Assembly (NCBI GenBank): GCA_038061755.1
Contig: JBBTYN010000004.1
Location: 3,198-67,197 of the forward strand
Length of the DNA stretch: 64,000 nt
From: Patescibacteria group bacterium
GTDB taxonomy: Bacteria; Patescibacteriota; Minisyncoccia; Phycocordibacterales; UBA9973
Direction of reading: 5' to 3'
Under the pieces are notes generated by a model, which worked only from the letters and a program-made list of their open reading frames with translations, was not told the DNA's origin and made no database searches. The translations under genes were made by a program, and so were the position numbers. Numbering within the stretch: the stretch's first letter is position 1; each line of letters begins with the position of its first letter. This document shows positions 60,232 to 64,000 of this stretch, in pieces.

Positions 60232-61624
60232 TTTTTCCTATAATAGAGGCTATAATAAACGGATCCGGAGATTTATCAAGCCCTGACAGAGCAAAACGCA
60301 CCGGATGAAGGAGCTCTCCCCTGCTATCTAGTTTGTCAGCAACAGTCATCAATGCATTTTTAATATTTTCTTGACTAAAATTATTTTCATCTAAATCTGT
60401 TAATATTTTTATAGCTAATTCTAAATTTTTTTTAATTTTTTCTATCGGGGTATTTTTATAAATTAGTTTGCTTTTATCATATTCCGGTGCCTTGAAGAAA
60501 AGGTTCAACTCCCCTCTCGCAATCATATCTTTCACGTCTCCCCATTTTGAAATTCGTTCTAAAATTAAAGGAACAAGTTTTAGATTACGCATATTTTCTG
60601 GAAGTTGTTCTAAAATATTTTTTTCAATTTCTTCTTTAGGAAGCAATTTTATATGCTCTTTGTTCAGCCAATTCAGTTTATCATCACTCCACTGCGCCCC
60701 AGAACGCTGAATTTTAGTTAAATCAAATACTTTAATTAATTCTTCTCTTGTATACACTTCCTTTTCTCCACCGGGATTAAAACCAAGAAATGTTAAATAA
60801 TTTACCATTGCGTCTGGTAGATATCCTTCTTTTTCATAATCTAAAACATCTTTAGCGCCGTCACGTTTGCCAAGTTTCTTCTTTCCATCAATTCCCATTA
60901 TCGGTGGAGTGGTTACAAAATGTGGTGGCGTAACACCAAGTGCTTCATAAATAGATAAAAATTTCGGAGTGGAAGAAATAAATTCTTGTCCTCTCACCAC
61001 ATGAGTCACACCCATCTCTATATCATCCACAATGTGCGCAAAATTATACGTCGGATATCCGTCGCTTTTTATTAAAATAAAATCATCCAACGCTTCGGAG
61101 CCAGCAGATAGTTCTCCCCAAACAATATCATTCCAAACAGTTTGCCTTAACTCCAAAATCTTAAATCGTAATGGTGTAGTTCCATCCCAAACAGGTGGAT
61201 TCGTAGGTCTGTACTCACGATATAAAAAAGGTTTTTTTTCTAGTTCAGCTTTTTGTCTAAATTTTTCAATTTCTTCTTCTGTATAAGGATCTGCATATGC
61301 TAAACCTTTTTTTATTAAAATTTCTGCATATTTTTTATATAATTCAAGTCTCTCTGATTGAATATATGGCGCATATAACCCTCCAATATCCGGCCCTTGA
61401 TCCCAATTTAAACCAAGCCATTTTAATGATTTTTGAATATGTTCAATTGAACCCACCACTTCCCTTTCCTTATCAGTGTCTTCAATTCGTAAAATAAATT
61501 GACCATTGTTTTTTCTCGCTAAAAGCCATGCATAAAGGGCAGTCCGAATATTTCCAACATGAATAAAGCCCGTCGGACTTGGCGCAAATCTAGTCACAAC
61601 TTTTTCTGTAGTTTTTCCTAGCAT
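60197..61624 (-). CDS. gltX: glutamate--tRNA ligase
   Basis: RFAPSPTG; HVGN; RIEDTD; KLGKR. Confidence 0.96.
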   Translation of the reverse strand: MLGKTTEKVVTRFAPSPTGFIHVGNIRTALYAWLLARKNNGQFILRIEDTDKEREVVGSIEHIQKSLKWLGLNWDQGPDIGGLYAPYIQSERLELYKKYAEILIKKGLAYADPYTEEEIEKFRQKAELEKKPFLYREYRPTNPPVWDGTTPLRFKILELRQTVWNDIVWGELSAGSEALDDFILIKSDGYPTYNFAHIVDDIEMGVTHVVRGQEFISSTPKFLSIYEALGVTPPHFVTTPPIMGIDGKKKLGKRDGAKDVLDYEKEGYLPDAMVNYLTFLGFNPGGEKEVYTREELIKVFDLTKIQRSGAQWSDDKLNWLNKEHIKLLPKEEIEKNILEQLPENMRNLKLVPLILERISKWGDVKDMIARGELNLFFKAPEYDKSKLIYKNTPIEKIKKNLELAIKILTDLDENNFSQENIKNALMTVADKLDSRGELLHPVRFALSGLDKSPDPFIIASIIGKNETISRLQKAI

Positions 61625-61646
61625 GCTATTATTTTAGCATATTTTT

Positions 61647-62777
61647 CTATTTTTCGTGACTCAAAGCTATGTCTACTAATTCACGAGCTATTTTTTCGGC
61701 AGCACCTTCTTTACTGAAAGCTTTTGCATTTTCTGCCATTTTTTTATAATCTTCCTTATTTTCTATTATTCTATCAATCTCTGAACTTAAAATATTAGCT
61801 GTCATATTCGCCTCTTCGATTACACTGCAAGCCCCAGCTCGCGCATAATTGAAAGCATTTTTTCTTGAGTGATCAGCATTCGAATTTTTAAAAGGAATTA
61901 AAATTGATGGTACGCCCCAAGAAGCTATTTCAAATAAAGTTGATCCAGCGCGAGAAATAATAATAGTTGCAGCACCAGCAACCATTTTCAGTTGTAAAGA
62001 ATTTAAAAAAGGTAAAGGTAAGTATCTTGTCTTATATTTATTTTCTATTAAAATAACTTCAGCTTGCCCAGAAACTGTTTTAAATTTCTTAATCCCAGTT
62101 TGGTGAATAATCTGATAATTTTTTATTAATGTTGGTAATGCGTCCAGAACAACATTATTTATAAGTTCTGCTCCTTGAGAACCACCAAGTATAACAATTA
62201 TAGGTGTTCTTTCTTCTAATTTAAAATATTCAAATGCTTCTTTCCGCGGTGACCCATGCTCTATTTCAGTTCTTATTGGTTGTCCTATCCAAGCAACAGT
62301 TTTTTTAGGAAAAAAAACGGCAGCCTCCGAAAAAGACACAGCAACTTTTTTAGCAAAATGTCCAGCCCAAAGATTTACACGTCCAGGGGCAGAATCTGAT
62401 TCGTGGATTAAAACAGGAATACGTAAAATTCTAGCTGCAAAAATTGTCGAAAAAGATGCATATCCTCCTTTACCAAAAACAACATCTGGATAAATTGAAT
62501 ACAATTTATAAATTGCATTAATTGTGCCAAAGAAAATTTTGAAAATATCAAAAAAATTTTGAAATGAAAAGTAAGTACGTATTTTCCCGGCGCTTATTTC
62601 TTCATACAAAAGTTCATTTTCAACAAGCATTTTTTTATCATAAGGACTATCAGAAAAATAATAGAGTTTTGCCCCTATAATATGTTCATGATCTATTATT
62701 TGATTAACTTTTTGGGCGACAGCAATAATTGGATAAAAATGCCCGCCCGTCCCTCCGCCTGTAAAAACTATTTTCAT
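61647..62777 (-). CDS. murG: undecaprenyl-PP-MurNAc-pentapeptide GlcNAc transferase
   Basis: GGGTGGH; GGYAS; GGSQGA; SRAG. Confidence 0.96.
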   Translation of the reverse strand: MKIVFTGGGTGGHFYPIIAVAQKVNQIIDHEHIIGAKLYYFSDSPYDKKMLVENELLYEEISAGKIRTYFSFQNFFDIFKIFFGTINAIYKLYSIYPDVVFGKGGYASFSTIFAARILRIPVLIHESDSAPGRVNLWAGHFAKKVAVSFSEAAVFFPKKTVAWIGQPIRTEIEHGSPRKEAFEYFKLEERTPIIVILGGSQGAELINNVVLDALPTLIKNYQIIHQTGIKKFKTVSGQAEVILIENKYKTRYLPLPFLNSLQLKMVAGAATIIISRAGSTLFEIASWGVPSILIPFKNSNADHSRKNAFNYARAGACSVIEEANMTANILSSEIDRIIENKEDYKKMAENAKAFSKEGAAEKIARELVDIALSHEK

Positions 62778-62786
62778 AAATTTAAT

Positions 62787-63890
62787 TTAACTATTTTTAC
62801 GCTGAAATTTTGATATATTAAACACAATACCTATTGCCATCATATAAACCATAAGCGCAGTGCCTCCTTGGCTCATAAATACTAATGGGACCCCCGTTAA
62901 AGGAAAAACTCCAACCACAGAAGCAATATGCATAAATGATTGCGCTGTAATTAGTATAACAATTCCATAAACTAAAAGTCCACTAAAAGCATCTGGAGAG
63001 CGATTGGCAATACGGAAACCGCGTAAAATAAAAAATAAATAAAGAAATATTGTAATAGTTGATCCAACAAAACCTAATTCTTCGCCCAAAACTGCAAAGA
63101 TAGAATCTCCTTGCGGTTCAGGAAGATAACTAAATTTTTGAATACTTTGACCAAATCCATGCCCCCAAATACCACCTGACCCTAAAGCAATAAGCGATTG
63201 TTGAATTTGATAAGAAGACCCTTGCGCGTCTTGCGATGGATTTATAAAAGTTTTTACTCGTTCTTGTAGATAAGGCGTAAAATAAACAAGAGTTCCGAGT
63301 AGTAATACTGTCCCTAAAATTGAACCGAAAATATATCTAACGGGAACACTTGAAATAAAAAGCATCGATATTCCAACAATAGTAATCAAAATGAAACTTT
63401 TTGTATCTGGCTGTTTAAATAAAATAAAAGCAATAACTCCAATCATTACTAAAAATGGTAAAATTCCAAATTTAAAATCTTGCACTCTATTTTTTGCCCA
63501 CGACAGCCATGCTGCAAAATAAATTACAAAAGCAAATTTTAAAAATTCCACTGGTTGGAAATTAAATCCACCTATGTGTATCCATCTTTGCGCTCCGCCA
63601 TGACTCCACCCAATAGAAGGAATAAAAACCGCTGCTGTTAATAATATAGATCCTAAAAAAAAGAAAAAAGAAAATTTACGCCAAAATTTATAATTTATCT
63701 TAGAACAAAAATACATACCTACTAAACCGAAACCGAGACCAAGAACTAATTGACTAAAAAGCACTGAATAAAAAATTTTCTCATTTTTTGCCAAAATTCC
63801 CAAAGATGCAGAAATAAACATAGCAACTCCAAATGTTAATAAAAGAAATATAATTATAAGAAAAAATTTATCTACTTTTTTTTCTGTCAT
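62787..63890 (-). CDS. ftsW: SEDS family protein FtsW
   Basis: GAQRWI; FQPVE; YLPEPQGDSIF; PLTGVPL. Confidence 0.92.
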   Translation of the reverse strand: MTEKKVDKFFLIIIFLLLTFGVAMFISASLGILAKNEKIFYSVLFSQLVLGLGFGLVGMYFCSKINYKFWRKFSFFFFLGSILLTAAVFIPSIGWSHGGAQRWIHIGGFNFQPVEFLKFAFVIYFAAWLSWAKNRVQDFKFGILPFLVMIGVIAFILFKQPDTKSFILITIVGISMLFISSVPVRYIFGSILGTVLLLGTLVYFTPYLQERVKTFINPSQDAQGSSYQIQQSLIALGSGGIWGHGFGQSIQKFSYLPEPQGDSIFAVLGEELGFVGSTITIFLYLFFILRGFRIANRSPDAFSGLLVYGIVILITAQSFMHIASVVGVFPLTGVPLVFMSQGGTALMVYMMAIGIVFNISKFQRKNS

Positions 63891-63893
63891 GTT

Positions 63894-64000
63894 TTACCGG
63901 CTAATAATTACTAAAATTATACCAATAATAGCAAACACAACTGAAAGAATCCAAAAACGCATTACTACCTTATAAGATGGCCAGCCAAGTGCTTCAAAAT
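63894..64000 (-). CDS. mraY: phospho-MurNAc-pentapeptide transferase, C-terminal end (truncated by window)
   Basis: FEALGWPSYKVVMRFWILSVVFAIIGIILVIISR*. Confidence 0.85.
   Translation of the reverse strand, partial: FEALGWPSYKVVMRFWILSVVFAIIGIILVIISR

Overview
This is an AT-rich (roughly 30% GC by eye), densely packed chromosomal segment using genetic code 11. Gene content and style point to a Patescibacteria/CPR (Parcubacteria-like) genome; that assignment is inference. It contains a complete F1Fo ATP synthase operon and housekeeping, cell-wall and DNA genes (rsmI, priA, mreB, frr, rseP, ddl, alr, rpmG, miaA, murA, parB, rel, topA, dprA, serS, dus, dnaX, mrdA, ctpA, rplI, rpmA, gltX, murG, ftsW, mraY). 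There are three tRNAs and an ~18 kb de novo purine cluster (purLQFND, purA, guaB, guaA, purH, purEMCB; no purK). A single Xer-type recombinase has a dif-like 11-6-11 site in its own promoter region. Five things go beyond the gene list. (1) Two ~120-nt covarying structured elements fill the atpE-atpF and atpD-atpC spacers. (2) About 25 small palindromic elements of several families occur, many inserted in frame into conserved enzymes, some built as palindromes of palindromes with flipped 5-bp cores. (3) Two GC-rich solo genes share the same promoter/TTGTTCT-N13-GGAG leader/terminator architecture. (4) Leaderless promoters are pervasive. (5) All three tRNA genes end in N-C-A instead of CCA. No CRISPR array, rRNA or transposase was seen.
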